Of a DNA stretch of 64,000 nucleotides, positions 50,185 to 62,737 are shown one piece after another. The number at the start of each line of letters is the position of its first letter. The first letter of the stretch is position 1. The notes beneath the pieces were generated by a model. The model saw only the letters and a list, made by a program, of their open reading frames with translations. It was not told where the DNA came from and did not search any database. Position numbers and translations under genes: made by a program. This DNA comes from Tubulanus polymorphus (taxonomy: Eukaryota; Animalia; Nemertea): assembly GCF_964204645.1 (NCBI RefSeq), contig NC_134030.1, positions 2,832,778-2,896,777 of the forward strand. Direction: 5' to 3'.

Positions 50185-52133
50185 GCGCAATGAATGGTCA
50201 ACTGAGCCCTCGCCGGACTCGTTAATAAGGAGTGATTATTGGTGGGATGACACATATTCGGGTTATCATAGTTATGATGATGACAGTCCGGTAATTGATG
50301 ATTATATTTTTGATGATGATGATGATGATGATTATTATTATTTAGAGGACGATAGGGATGATATATTTGACATGTCATTTGATCAGGGCGACATGCTAGC
50401 TGATTCAGTTGACGATTATTTTGAACCTGAGGGGAACTGTAATGCAGATTACTTAGATGACACTGAACCTTTACATTTAGATAAGTTTATTGATTATCAC
50501 ACTCCTTCATGGGGTGCCGATGACGTATGACATTCAAGATCGTAACTTTGGGGATAGCTGGAGGGACAATTCTCAGTTGTCGTTAGATGGAAATTTTTAT
50601 ATGGATCAGGGATCCAATTTTGAGGACATCTGGAGGGACAATTCCCAGTTGTCGGCTACTTACGAGCATATAAAAAGACACAGGAGGGTTACGTTTAGCG
50701 ATCCGGTTAAATTGCAGGAGGTACGTGCTGATATGGCGTGCTCGGGTGACAATATTAGTATTGATAGGTCACACCCTAGAGGGGTTAATGGTCCGACGGA
50801 TTCGGCAGAAGATGACCTTTTTAGAGATAGGAAGTCTCATTTAGATTGTCACGAAGGCGCTTTTGATCAGTATAGGTACCCAGCAACCTCCGAATCAGCA
50901 ATACAATGTGATCTTGTGTCATCAGATTCAAGTAGTAGTAATAATTCACGATCGGAATGTCTTAATGATCAGAGTAATATGGAAACTATTTTGTCAAAGA
51001 TATCTAGTCAGGAGTCAATGTCGGAGAATTTGTGTCACTCGTTTGAAAGAGGACAGCACTTTCCTGTCACCTCAAATGCCAGCAGTTTTCACCATCCAGT
51101 TGGGGATGGAATGTCCCATGAACAGGACAGAGGTCAAGTTGTCCTCACGTCTAAACCGAATATGCCAATCAACGAAAAGGTTGGGATAGGAGATTCGAAC
51201 TCCGATTGTCAACCAACTGTTCACTGTCAGGAACAATTTCCACCTGTTACGATGACTTTAGGTAACACGTCAACCAACGACATAGGGTCCTTTTCCAGTC
51301 AGAACAACACTATTGGACAGGAGGCTTATTCCCCGTCAATCATGGCAACTGCCGCCAACCGAGTGACTGGTAGTCATTCAGGGACACCGTTAAACATTTT
51401 GATTGATACGGGTGCCGATATTTCTGTAGTGTCAAACAATTACTTCATCAATCATCCTCAGATATCGAATGGCCCTTTGCAGGAGGGACAATTTCAGTCC
51501 GCCCGTGGGGTAGATGGTACTAAGTTTTATTTAAAAGGTGTTATTTCCGTAGATTTTGTATTAGGAAATTTGGACGTGTCACATTCTATGTACGTGGTGG
51601 ATGGAGTCACCTCGGACTTCATTCTCGGAGTTGATTTCCTGGAACGAAACCAGGCAGTTATCGATTATGCTAAAAAGGCTCTCTTGTTGCCAGGCGCCGA
51701 CATAATTTACTTTAGTAATGATGTCATCTTGGGGAAATCTTCGTCGGTTAAAGTCACGCGTATGACTGTTATTCCCCCTTCATGCGATGTCACCGTAGAC
51801 CGTAAGTGGTTAATTGACAAGTCTCAGTCATCGATTGCAGCCTTTGAGCCTGTACATGATTTGAGAATGCGTGATCTCATGAGCGCAAGGTCAGTTGTTA
51901 GCGTCATGCCATCAAGGCATAGGCTTCGAGTCACGAACCCTACGTCACGACACGTCACCCTCTTTGAAGATACGTGTCGTAGTGATTCGTGGACAGATGG
52001 GTGGTCACTTGACCGATCACTCAAAACAGAGGCGAAGTCAGGACAGCTTCCTCGGCCACCGGAGGTGTCTATCACACATGTGGAAGACCCTCAGACGTCA
52101 GACGAAATTTGTAAGTATAATCGAATTATTTAG
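50144..52133 (+). pseudogene. pol: Truncated pol: acidic spacer + retroviral-type aspartic protease; frameshifted near 50525 and deleted downstream
   Basis: LIDTGADISVV and ILGVDFL protease motifs. The -1 frame ORF stops at 50530 while the protease frame overlaps from 50490. No YxDD or DDE motifs are visible before the 3' LTR. Confidence 0.85.
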
Positions 52134-53609
52134 AGTTTGGATCAAGATGCATACGTCCTATTGAAAATTATGAATTGTATACGGTAAGCGTCTCTTCAGT
52201 AGGTTATCGAAATATAATTACATAAGTATTGTGAAACTGAAGTATATATAACGCATTGTTGCCAATGAGTTAACTCCTGATCTGGGTTTAATCTAATACA
52301 GGAGATAAAGACAACTATAAATAAAAGTGAATAATAGCTTGATTGTCGTGATATTGGTTTTTTTTTTTTGCTGAAATATCACTAGTCTCTAGGGTTTATT
52401 ATCTGTAGTCTGAATGGATGTCATTAATTGTCAGTTAGAAAAGAAAGAGTTATGATATGTTTGAATAATCTCTGTATTATTATGATATTAATTGTAGGAT
52501 ACCCGTATCGGATGTGTTGGAATGAGACCGCCGAAGATACGATAGCACTAAGATGGAAGAATGCCTTCTGTCAACCGCAATAGATGTTGATGGGTACCCC
52601 CCTGATAGTGACCATATGGAGATGGGGACTTGTTGGGAGGTATCCTGAGACTCTATTCGACGCAACTGATAGTTTGAAAAACCAGCAACTGGTATGCTCT
52701 GGCCGAGATGGGTGATATTAATTCACCGATTCGTCAAATAACGAAGAAACGGAGCGAATATACGACATACAACAGCGAACTTTGGGCGTTGGTTTTAACG
52801 GGATAGATTCATGCTCGATGTTAGTCATGCGATTCTGGCCATGGTTAGTGGTGTTTGTCACTCGCGAAGACCAGTTATATACTCACAAACTTAAGTGATG
52901 AAGGGTGGACAAAGACACCTGGCCAATGCGATACGAAAAATGAAGAAGAGTGATAATTTCCGTAGACATTTTAGCGGAGTAAAGCCGAGTGTGTTCAAGA
53001 TGGCTCCCGTGTAGTTACATTAACATTCGATGGAATGTTGTTCGCTCAAGCCGTAAGATGCGAATACATTACTGTTCCGTTTCTATATTAACTGTGGAGA
53101 AAAGACTCCGATATAGTAACCGTAGTACTATAGCGTCTATGAATAGCGAGCAAGTATTCAGCTGAACATAAATGTGTTTTGCCGTACTATCAACGTAGCA
53201 GTACGCGCTTCGAGGAACTGCGGTGGATGACGTCATTCGTCCGTCCATGACGCACCTTGTTGTGTCTGGTAGCTGTTGCGTCACTTCGCGGTAAATTCTA
53301 AACTCAAACTGTGAACTGTTTTGTGCTTAACTTTCGAGTGTTTAGTGTGCGGGGACAGCGGTCTCGAATGAACTTTTTTCCGATTGGGTATCCAGAACTT
53401 TAAATGCGGTTTTATGATAAACTATATCCTGAACTTTAATACGCGTTTGTTGTGTTGAACTTTTAAACAGTTACTCGTTGCATGAATTGTTTTTTTTTTT
53501 GTGATTGATGTTCTTTTTCAGGATCTGTCTAGGGAAGTTTCAGCGCGATTTTCATGAGTCAGTCTAAATTCAAAATTTCGGGACGAAATTTAAACTGGAT
53601 AGGGAGTGA

Positions 53610-54880
53610 TGATCCGCAGCAAGATTCCGTAGTAACTAAAAAATGTTTGTAATGATGGTTTTTGTTTACGTTGGTGGTTTCTTTATGGGTATCAGACAGC
53701 AAACGATGTGTGCAAGTTGTTGTTTGATGCTTTGATCTACCAGCGCTGACAATAAATCAGCCAGGGGTAAAAATAATTCTTCCTCGGTTCTTGTGCTGCG
53801 ATATCTGGCAAACATTCAGAATTATTTTTAAAACTTAAGGATAGACGGAACTGTAATTGGTTGGGTCGGAACGATGAGGTGCTTTGATAGTGTGGTTTGT
53901 GCAGGGATCTCACTGTTACTTCTTGATACTCCCGACTACTTTCTATAAAAGGAAGAACCGGAAGTATAGGGAGACATGGTTGTTTTGCTTTATCCTGTAG
54001 TATTATAGAGTTAGTTAAATTATAAATGAAAATTGGTATAATAAGTATAGGATGATTTTAGATTTGATAATTAATTACATTGTATTTCTGAATCAAAAGT
54101 TTACTATTGTTGATTGGAAAAAGAAACGATGAGTTTGTTCCATAATCTAGGTGAAAACTAAGTTTTGAAAATATATCTAAATTAAGTATCCTGGATGTTA
54201 ATTAAGGACAAGACCTTTATAATCGCTTAAGTTTTATGGAAGTTTAATTGTGGCAAATATCAATACTAGCTCTCTAAGGTTTCTGTTGGTGTACATGTCT
54301 GTTGGTAACTCGTAGAGAATAGCTGCTCTCTCAACGAAGATAAGCAAGGAGTGAGTAAATCAAAGCGCGTTATGACAGGAGGGTTGGAAAGAAAAGTTAC
54401 TTTGGCAAATCAGTTTCTCAAATAATTTTAGATTAGCGAATCATTAAGGCTAATTCTACATGTCCAAAACCGTCATGACAGCTAGGTTGCTGCTCCTTGC
54501 CAAAAGTCGAACGGGAGAGTCGGCATTCTAGGAATGCCGATCTTTTCTATAAAAAGAGGCCCGCAGTCTTGAGAAAGCAGACTTACCAGGGACGCTCGTT
54601 AGAGATACTTGAGGTTTGGGTGGAAATACCAGAGTTAAGGCGGGTTACCAACAGTAGTGTACGATAGGAATTTGGAGTTAGGAATTGGACTGTGTACTAT
54701 CTGGAGTTATTACTTTCATCAAGGTAAATAAAATCTATATTATTATTATTATATTCAATCAGAATTTCGGCATTTTAGTTTGATTATTTGGGTTTGTGCA
54801 CGGACACGTTCTCTCGCCAGGGACCGATCTTTACGTTTTTATATTCAACGATTAAGGAGAGGATTGTGACCGGTGTATCA
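53610..54880 (+). repeat. 3' LTR (1271 bp)
   Basis: Identical to the 5' LTR by eye except one extra T in a T-run (~54836-54840). Confidence 0.96.
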
Positions 54881-57174
54881 ATATTTTGTTTATTTTGAAC
54901 GTTGCTTCTGTTCAGGAAAAACTCATTTTGTTGTAACATTACACGCAATTGTTCTGTAGTTTCTGTAGTCGAGGGATTCAGCATTTACCACGTTTTTTCT
55001 TTCTCATTCGACAAATTGTTTCCTCTTGTTCGCGAGTTTTTTTTTACTAAGCGCTTCACGCATTGTTTATATTTGTAAAGACTCATTCTTATCGGTTATT
55101 CGGCGTCGATGTTTAACATCTAAAGGTGAATAGTCATACTGAGTAGTTGGGCGTCGTTTCTTTTCACGCAAAATGGTAAATTCTTTGAGAAATCTCGGCA
55201 TCCGAATTTCACAGCCGGTCAAACATTGTTTGATATAATAATGATAACGGGTCGAGCAATGTCCTGCATCTCGAATATAGGTCCGAGTTTGCCCCGCGGC
55301 AGACTGACCCGACTGCGTCCACATACAGTTGTACAAGAGATTGCGCCAAATGAGGATTTATGAAAACGAATTTGGAAAATAATTTATTTATGACAGGATA
55401 TGTAGCATTCGCGGTATATCATATACATTATTAACAACTTCATCGAAGGTAAATTGATTGTTTATTGCAAACATGCAAACTTTGTCCATAATCGAATATA
55501 AAAGCTGTTTCGCTGCTGTGGACGTCATCGATATTATACTATTGAACGCGTAAACTAGATTACACGTTCATGATATTACGTAGTTTATAGCGAGATTAAT
55601 TCATCAGTAATTTAGATGGTTATTAAAAAGACAGCGCTGATCGAATTGCTGCGTCAGTACCAGCAGGCGAGACGTTTTATTGTTTACAAATGCGAATAAC
55701 AACTACGTGTTTGGATACATTGTATCTAAATACGTTATTAGTCAAGTCGATCATTTTCCTTTTCACGGATATGTACACAAAAACATTTCTATTTTTACAC
55801 AAAAACATTTCTATTTTTCTTTTTTGAAAATGCTTACTATTTCTTTCCAATAGTAGCTTTGTGATATTTGCATTTTGTTGGACTTTAAAAAAATGTAAAC
55901 CATCCTTTACTCAATATAACTCTCAGTAGTTCATTTATTAGATAAGCGTTCCGCGAAATATGAGAGTTGCACTCGAATTTAAACTCGAGCTTGAGTATAT
56001 GTTTTTGTTCATGCATATATGCGTGAAAGCTTAAAGACCACAGCTATCGGCCATGCCAAACGATGATCACTTGCCGTATATTACTTACAAAATATTGACG
56101 ACGTGATTAATTAGCGAATGAACACGTAGACAATTAGTAAGTTCTTATTGCAATCAAGTCAATAAGCGAGCGCGTGTGAGATGAGATTATTGGGATATAT
56201 GTTTATTTATGAATATAGTGACAAGTTCAAAATGGAATTGGACTAAAGAGAGCATCTTGTAACATTTTCTGTTACCGCTGAGTGTTTGAAACAATATCAT
56301 CAGCTCTCCCGATAACCGGTCTTTCTTCTGATTGGCTGAAAAAGTAGTCGATGATATCACGTGATTGCTGGAACGGCTATAGTTATTTAGCGATCAAAAA
56401 CATTCGTCAGGTGGGTTCAGGTCATCAGTGGCATATAGCTAACGATGGAAGTAGACACCATGATAATCGCGTGGACACTCTGATGATGAGAAACTAGGTT
56501 TAGCGTGATACCAGTTAAGGATATAAACATAAAACGAAGCTTTGATCGTTCAACTCTGTTTTTTAAACATTGTTTTTAGAAATGATAGAGACCAGTAGAG
56601 TATTCTTACCGCAGCAGAGATTGGTTGACTGCAAATCGATTCACGGATATGAATTTGTTATAGATTTTGACGCTGGTAAAACGCATCAGTAAAAGGTTAA
56701 TCTACAGGTGGTTGGCGAGAGATAAGAGAAACTGTTGTTAGTCTTCACCAGTAGAACTGCGTATATACGATTAATTATTCTTAATCACGGATTCAATGCG
56801 CTTACAGTATTCAGAACTCAGACGACACTGAGTGTTTCATTTCGTGAGCTGTTAGAACGCGTGTATGTGAAGGATTGCTTTCTTTTGAAATATCATGGGC
56901 TCGGTGCACAGAACGAAATTAAAGTTTCATCAGTATTCAGTTGTAATGACTAATGAAAATTTAATTCGTTCTGTAATGCAGGCCCTACAGTTGTAGATTA
57001 GGAATTTAGAAATTGTTCATTTCCAAATGGTTCACACAGAACTGTGGAAAAAAAACGTAGGCGTACTTTCGAAAATTCTAATCACTACGGATCTATAAAG
57101 CGTCGTATTGTGATAATCTGATATCTATATTTTAAGGAATAATCTGAGTCTCCAGCGGAAGAGAAATATCAAGT

Positions 57175-60100
57175 ATGGAAAATGTGGACGTAAATCGCGT
57201 GACGTCATCGTCGTTTATACCTATAGCTATAGCTTCAGTAGTTGGAATACTCATTTGCATAATGTTTTTCATATTCAACTGTCGCTATAGACAAATGAGG
57301 TAAGTCGTTTTTCGGATTCAGCGGTCAAGTTGCTCTGCCATGTCTTACGTATATCTCAGGCCAGTCTAAAGACCACGTTAGTTCTATGCACGGCTAATCA
57401 TACTTAAGACCAGTCCTAGACCATTTTCAGACTTGTAAGGCACGACTGCGCAACTAGGCCCAGAACTCAAACATTTACGCGATACGGCCGTGAACGAAAG
57501 TATTATAGATCTCCTTCTACAAAAGTCATAATCGTATTCATAATCTATTTTTTTTGCAGGTTGGTGAAAATGTCCAGTCCGAATATGAACAATATTTGCA
57601 TATTCGGTGCCGTTATGTTCTACGTTAGTTCGGTCTTTTACGGCCTTGACCTTTTTATGCCCGTGCATGAACTTCAGAAAACTGGCGTCCTCTGCCAGGT
57701 GAGATATACTGAATTCTGAGTGGAATTTTAGTGATAGCTGATAAAAGCTAATCAAAAATCAAAAATCAAAAACGGTTTGATTTTTCTAGAATTTCACGTC
57801 AACATTTATCAATTCTTTAAACGTTTGATACTATTTCTTGACAAATGAATTTAGTTTTTGATTTTTTGAATATTTGTTTGTACATGGTTGGGCTCTATCT
57901 AAAGGTATTATCTATTCTACTCGTCCGAGGGTATACCGGCCATTCTACTAGTCTATGAATGAATACGTTATTTTGTATTTTAGTCGTGGGTGTGGATTGC
58001 GTCTTTAGCTTTCACTCTATTGTACGGAGCGATGTTCGCTAAATCGTGGAGATTGAATCGAATATTTCGCGAATCGTCCGTGAAACGAGTCGTCATCCGG
58101 GACCAGACGCTCATCGCGGTCGTAGCCTCGTTGTTAGTTGTCGATATTACGTTACTAGGAGTCTGGCAGGCCGTCGATCCACTCACCGGAACTTTCCTTC
58201 ATATCAAAAATCAGGTAATTCTTCAATCTTCAGTTTTCTAATCCTAGCGTTTGGTTAATAATTTTGCGCCAAACCTGAATAGATCTGGATACCTTTTTTT
58301 CTGGATGTTTTGCTGATCGGATTCCAGCCGAATATTCGTTGAACATTCACTAAGCAAATGATTAATAATGTGCCCCATACGATAGGTCGTAATTGGCGTA
58401 AAACAGATTTGGGTACCTTTTATCAAAGATTTTTTGGTGCGCGGATTCAAGTCTCGGAGTCTCTCAAAATCTAACTGAAAAGGAAATGCAGCAAAATAGT
58501 TCACTATATTTTATCTAAAACAAAATTGTCTATTTTCAGATGAAAGGTCAGTCGTCGCTTTTGGGGAAAACCGCCGAGGATCCGCCTGTCATTCACGCTG
58601 CTAGGGTGTGCTCATGTCGCTATTTTCCGGCCTGGGCCACCGTGATGCTTATCTATAAGACGGCTATGCTCGTTTACGGCGCCTACCTATCGTGGTCAAT
58701 ACGTCACGTGACGTTACCCTCGATGAACGATTCGCCGTGTATCGTCCTAAGCTGTCACGTGACTATGATAACCGCGTGTTTGGGAATCGCGATGGCGACG
58801 CTATTTCGGGAAACACCGGATCTGCTTTACGCGAGTATCGCTTCCGCCGTTTGGATTTGGACGACCGTCACTTTGATGTTGATCTTCATACCAAAAGTAA
58901 GTCGGATCCTATATATACCGAAACTTCGTTAGATTGTATTGATGAAATACTCAGAACCTGTGTTGTATTAACAATCAAGCACTCAGAAAATAAAGCGAGC
59001 CCGAAAAGTTTCCATTAGTAATTGATTCATTTTCGATGTTTCGATTTTTTCCTGATAGTTATCGACAGGGATACTGAATTCTTACAGTACTATAGTAAAG
59101 GATCCCTATTGGGATAAAGTCGAAGCGTCAAAAATAAATCATTAGCCAAAGCAAGCGTTTTGGGACTCGTCTTTCTTTCTGAATGAATATAGCGTTAGAT
59201 TTTGAAATTTCAAGATTAAAATGAGTGTATATCAATGACCACACGAAATGGATTATATTAATTGTTTTGTTCCGGTGAACAGGTGAATTTGTGGCGTAAA
59301 AAGTCCGACGAAGAATCGCTTAAATTCGCCATCGCTTCGCAAGTTTACAACTCGTCCGAACAAACTTACGAGAAAATAGAAGAGGAAATGTATCATCTCG
59401 TGGCAGAAAACAGAGCTTTAAAAAAATCTCTATCGACGGTAAGTTTCAACAATTCAAATGTAAAGATTTTTTAAGGCGAGAAGATACAAAATATCCGTGT
59501 ATAAATGATGATGGCCAATAGTAGTCGAAACGTTGCTCGAAATATAATCATTTTAATATAAAACTTGTTCATTTTTGGCTGAATCTATTATGGGATTTCT
59601 CTCGCTAAATATTTTTACCTACAACAGGGAGTGTATACAATCGGGTTTTTTGTGTGTTTTTTTACAGAAGGATATGACGATCCAATCGTTACAGTTACAC
59701 GTTGTAACTGCTCAGGATAAATTACTGAAATTAGTCGAGTTGGATGAACGAGAAACTAATGAAAAACGCGATAGCGGTTTCGAGGTGGATACTTCCGGTT
59801 CGTCGACACACGAAAACGATTCCGGTCACGCCGGATCTCTGACGGTAACGTCGTTCGACGTCACTAAAATAAACGGCACGTTAGCCGAGCTCAACGACAG
59901 TTTCATCAGCGAAGTCGACACGGACATTGCCGAACCGTTTCGAGCACGAATAATGACGAGACAGATGAGTAGAAATAGCGTCTATAGTTGCGGTTCGGAA
60001 CGATACAGCGAGATAGCGCGCGAACTAGAGACAGTCGGTTCCATAACTCATAAACTACGCACGACAATACATTCCGAGTTGAGCTGTTGTCAGCAGAGAA

Positions 60101-60558
60101 AATCACACATTTACGATATGATCAGCTCCAGACAGGATATCGTCGGTTCTATAGCGGATAATTTTCAACTCGGGGATGATTATGACACGCATTCGTTCAT
60201 AAGTTCGTACCTAAGACGCGCCGCTACGCTGTCGTTATTTAGCTACAGTACGCAAGGTCGTTCGGATGATAACGTCTCGCAGTATTCCACCGCTCACAGC
60301 TCCATCAGCCGCATTTCACGACATTCCGGATACTGTACCTCGTGCGACAGCCTGAACGCGATAGGCAACGATAAGTTCTACCCGTCTTCGCCGAAATTCA
60401 AACGACATAGACGGCGCCACGGTCGCAGGCGTTCGAGGCGTAGCCGTTGGAAGCAGGAACCACGTGATAAAGTTTACACGATTCAAGAGCCGAGAGAACC
60501 GATGAAAAACGTTACTAATCTGGCCGTTAGGCGGGAAATCATCAGTACATTCGTCTAA
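57175..60558 (+). CDS. Class C GPCR, GABA-B-receptor-related 7TM protein without a Venus flytrap domain (GPR156-like, ~632 aa); exons 57175-57299, 57560-57698, 57984-58214, 58540-58896, 59283-59438, 59668-60558
   Basis: FN..YR..RLVKMSSPNMNN, GAMFAKSWRL..IF, W...DPL, YK..L..YG.YL.W.IR.V..PSMNDS, IFIPKV and a post-TM7 coiled coil are GABA-B/GPR156 family motifs. All phases are consistent. Confidence 0.88.
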
Positions 60559-61204
60559 AACCGACATCTACCGTGTAATAAATCGTCGATTCTACGATAT
60601 GTTTCTTTGTAACACTGAATATGTGCTCGTTTCTTTTCCGTAATAAAAACTATACGTAAATTTGATTTATTGATTTTACGAGATTTATTTTCTATGAATA
60701 TAAATATTGGCATTGGATTCTTTCGGGTACAAAAAACTTCATTTCACAAAAGACGGAAATGATCTCATCTCATCACATGGCGTGTAAACGCGTGTCATGG
60801 CTAACGTGGGTCGGACTAAAGCCTCGGACACACTGGGCACTGGACGAAATCACCCAGTGTGTCCGGGCCTTTATTGATAGTCATCAATTATGGCATATTT
60901 CATCGAGATCTGTTACGACATTCATTACTTATTATCTAATGACTTAACTGTGATCGTCGGGGATTCCACCTGTGGCAAGCGATATTCCGCCAGGTGTCCT
61001 AGTCAACAGTAAGACTTCTCTACTACGTTTCTTAATTTAATAGACTAATTTCAGGCTAAACGTAATAAAAATAGAACTAATTCTTAATGAAAGGTATGTC
61101 CTACGCTCTCAGGCGCCATCTAGCGGCGGGATTGCCAGTTGTATCGAATCGTCATTAGTTTGACGAGGAAGAAGTCATGGTTACTACCTATTATTAAATC
61201 CACG

Positions 61205-62737
61205 TCATACCGAGGTCGTATTCCTACCGAAAACGTGATGTTTGCGTCGATCGAATAGTGTTCGTAATGTGTTAATCATCATAGCTAAACATCTCAATTT
61301 AGACACGAATTTCAACGCTAACGCGCATGTTATGATAACTAAAACAACGATTACAAATAAACTCCACGAATATCGACTTTCGGGAACTTTCTTGGTATCG
61401 ATGATTTTAGTGGCTGGGCGAGTACGACAATCCAGTGACGTATTGTGCATTTCTGTCCACAGACTACGGAAGGTTTTGTCCGGAATTTCGGCGTAGGTGA
61501 TAATTTTGCGCCACAAACACGGATGTGGAACCGCGTGCGAGTGGAACTGCTCGCTGCCGACTAGATTAGCGTTTATCTGTAGTCGAACGATTCCCGTCAC
61601 GAAAACGTCTTCCATCGGAAAGTACGGTAAACTTTTCGCCGTCGAAAATAGTTCCTCGGTGATGTCATTCGAAAACGTATAACCGTTTCCGGCGCAATAA
61701 TCCGGATATATATCCGCGCTGAATTCCCGTTTCGAAATGTACCATTTACTGTTGACGTCGCGAACGACCGGGTTGTTGTGAATACGATGACACAAGAAAA
61801 ATCGTTTGGTCGCGCGGGACGTTTCGTTAAACGCGCGTAAAAGATTGGGTACATTTACGAATACGTCATCGTCGACTTTCATGACGTATTTCGCAGATTT
61901 CGCGCGCGTCATTACCCAGCGTAGGAACGCCACCGATTTTTCTGTCAATCGCGTATATTTGTCCAACATATCCATCTGTATGATATCCCGATGGACGGTA
62001 ATCTCACTGGATATCGACCGCGTTATATCGATTTTATTCGTCTTTCCTAATAAAAACACTAATTTCACTTTAGATCTATACGGTCGCTGTTCGAGGTACG
62101 TCGCCCACGTTTCTCTTACGAGTTTCCTTTTCGCGAAATTCCCCGGCGCCGAGAACACAACAATAATCAAATCCAAATCGTCTTCGTTCATGTCTTTAGT
62201 AATCGACATATTGAATAGTTGAGGCGGCGGATTGGCCGTGTTGATTTCGTACGGGTTTGACTTTGATTCGTTTAATGATATGACGCTGATTTCGTTTGTG
62301 CGATAAACCGTTATATTGCTTCTGGTAGATATGTTAAATGCAATCATTAAACAGGTTAAAAATGCAAAAACGACCAGCAAAGCTCTTCGACGAAACAGAA
62401 ACTTCGAGGCCCGAACTGAAAATAGAAGATATAAAGTTAATTGCTGCCTAAGAATTATTCAGTTTTCTGTTTCTCTCAAGGGTCCCCATTTTACTGTAAC
62501 CTCTCAATAGGGTTTACAATTATTCAACAAATAATCAGAATCAGAATCGATTTCGGATATTCATTGTCAATAAGTAACATATGCGGCATATTATTCAGTA
62601 GGCTGTCTGGTTTTGTGGTTTCACGCGGGTCTGATATTTTCATGTTGGCGCCCATCCGACTAGAAAATCTAACCATTTCATATTCTGATAAATGTATGTT
62701 TACCGGTGATTTCAGAGAAGAATAGACGGATCCTCAT
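61205..62737 (-). CDS. GT31 beta-1,3-galactosyltransferase-like, divergent copy 4; exons 62704-62737 and 61205-62415
   Basis: MRIRLFFSEIT|VRASKFLFRRRALLVVFAFL (TM), RKLVRETW, HRDIIQ, LTEKS, MKVDDD, YPDYCAGNGY, EDVFVTG. Confidence 0.9.

Larger units (their letters stand above)
47238..54880 (+). mobile_element. Ty3/Gypsy-type LTR retrotransposon, non-autonomous (gag + protease, no RT/RNase H/integrase seen)
   Basis: TG...CA LTRs at 47238-48507 and 53610-54880, 4-bp TSD ATAT (47234-47237 / 54881-54884), PBS at 48509-48526, polypurine tract ~53597-53609, gag with CCHC knuckle and a DTG protease. Confidence 0.95.

Noticed and set aside
50088-50378. His/Asn-rich minus-strand ORF
   Set aside because: It is the antisense reading of the (GAT)n Asp-rich tract in pol.
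52134-53600. env-like third ORF in the LTR element
   Set aside because: No open frame of meaningful length and no recognisable signal, furin or TM pattern by eye.
16563-57207. TGACGTCA (CRE) occurrences as a special regulatory code
   Set aside because: The octamer also occurs in coding exons and repeats across the window (e.g. 23222, 26463, 29968, 33541, 37813), so single hits are uninformative.
61806-62222. 138-aa plus-strand ORF and similar short ORFs opposite the GT31 genes (32039, 42215, 44484)
   Set aside because: Antisense shadows of real coding exons.
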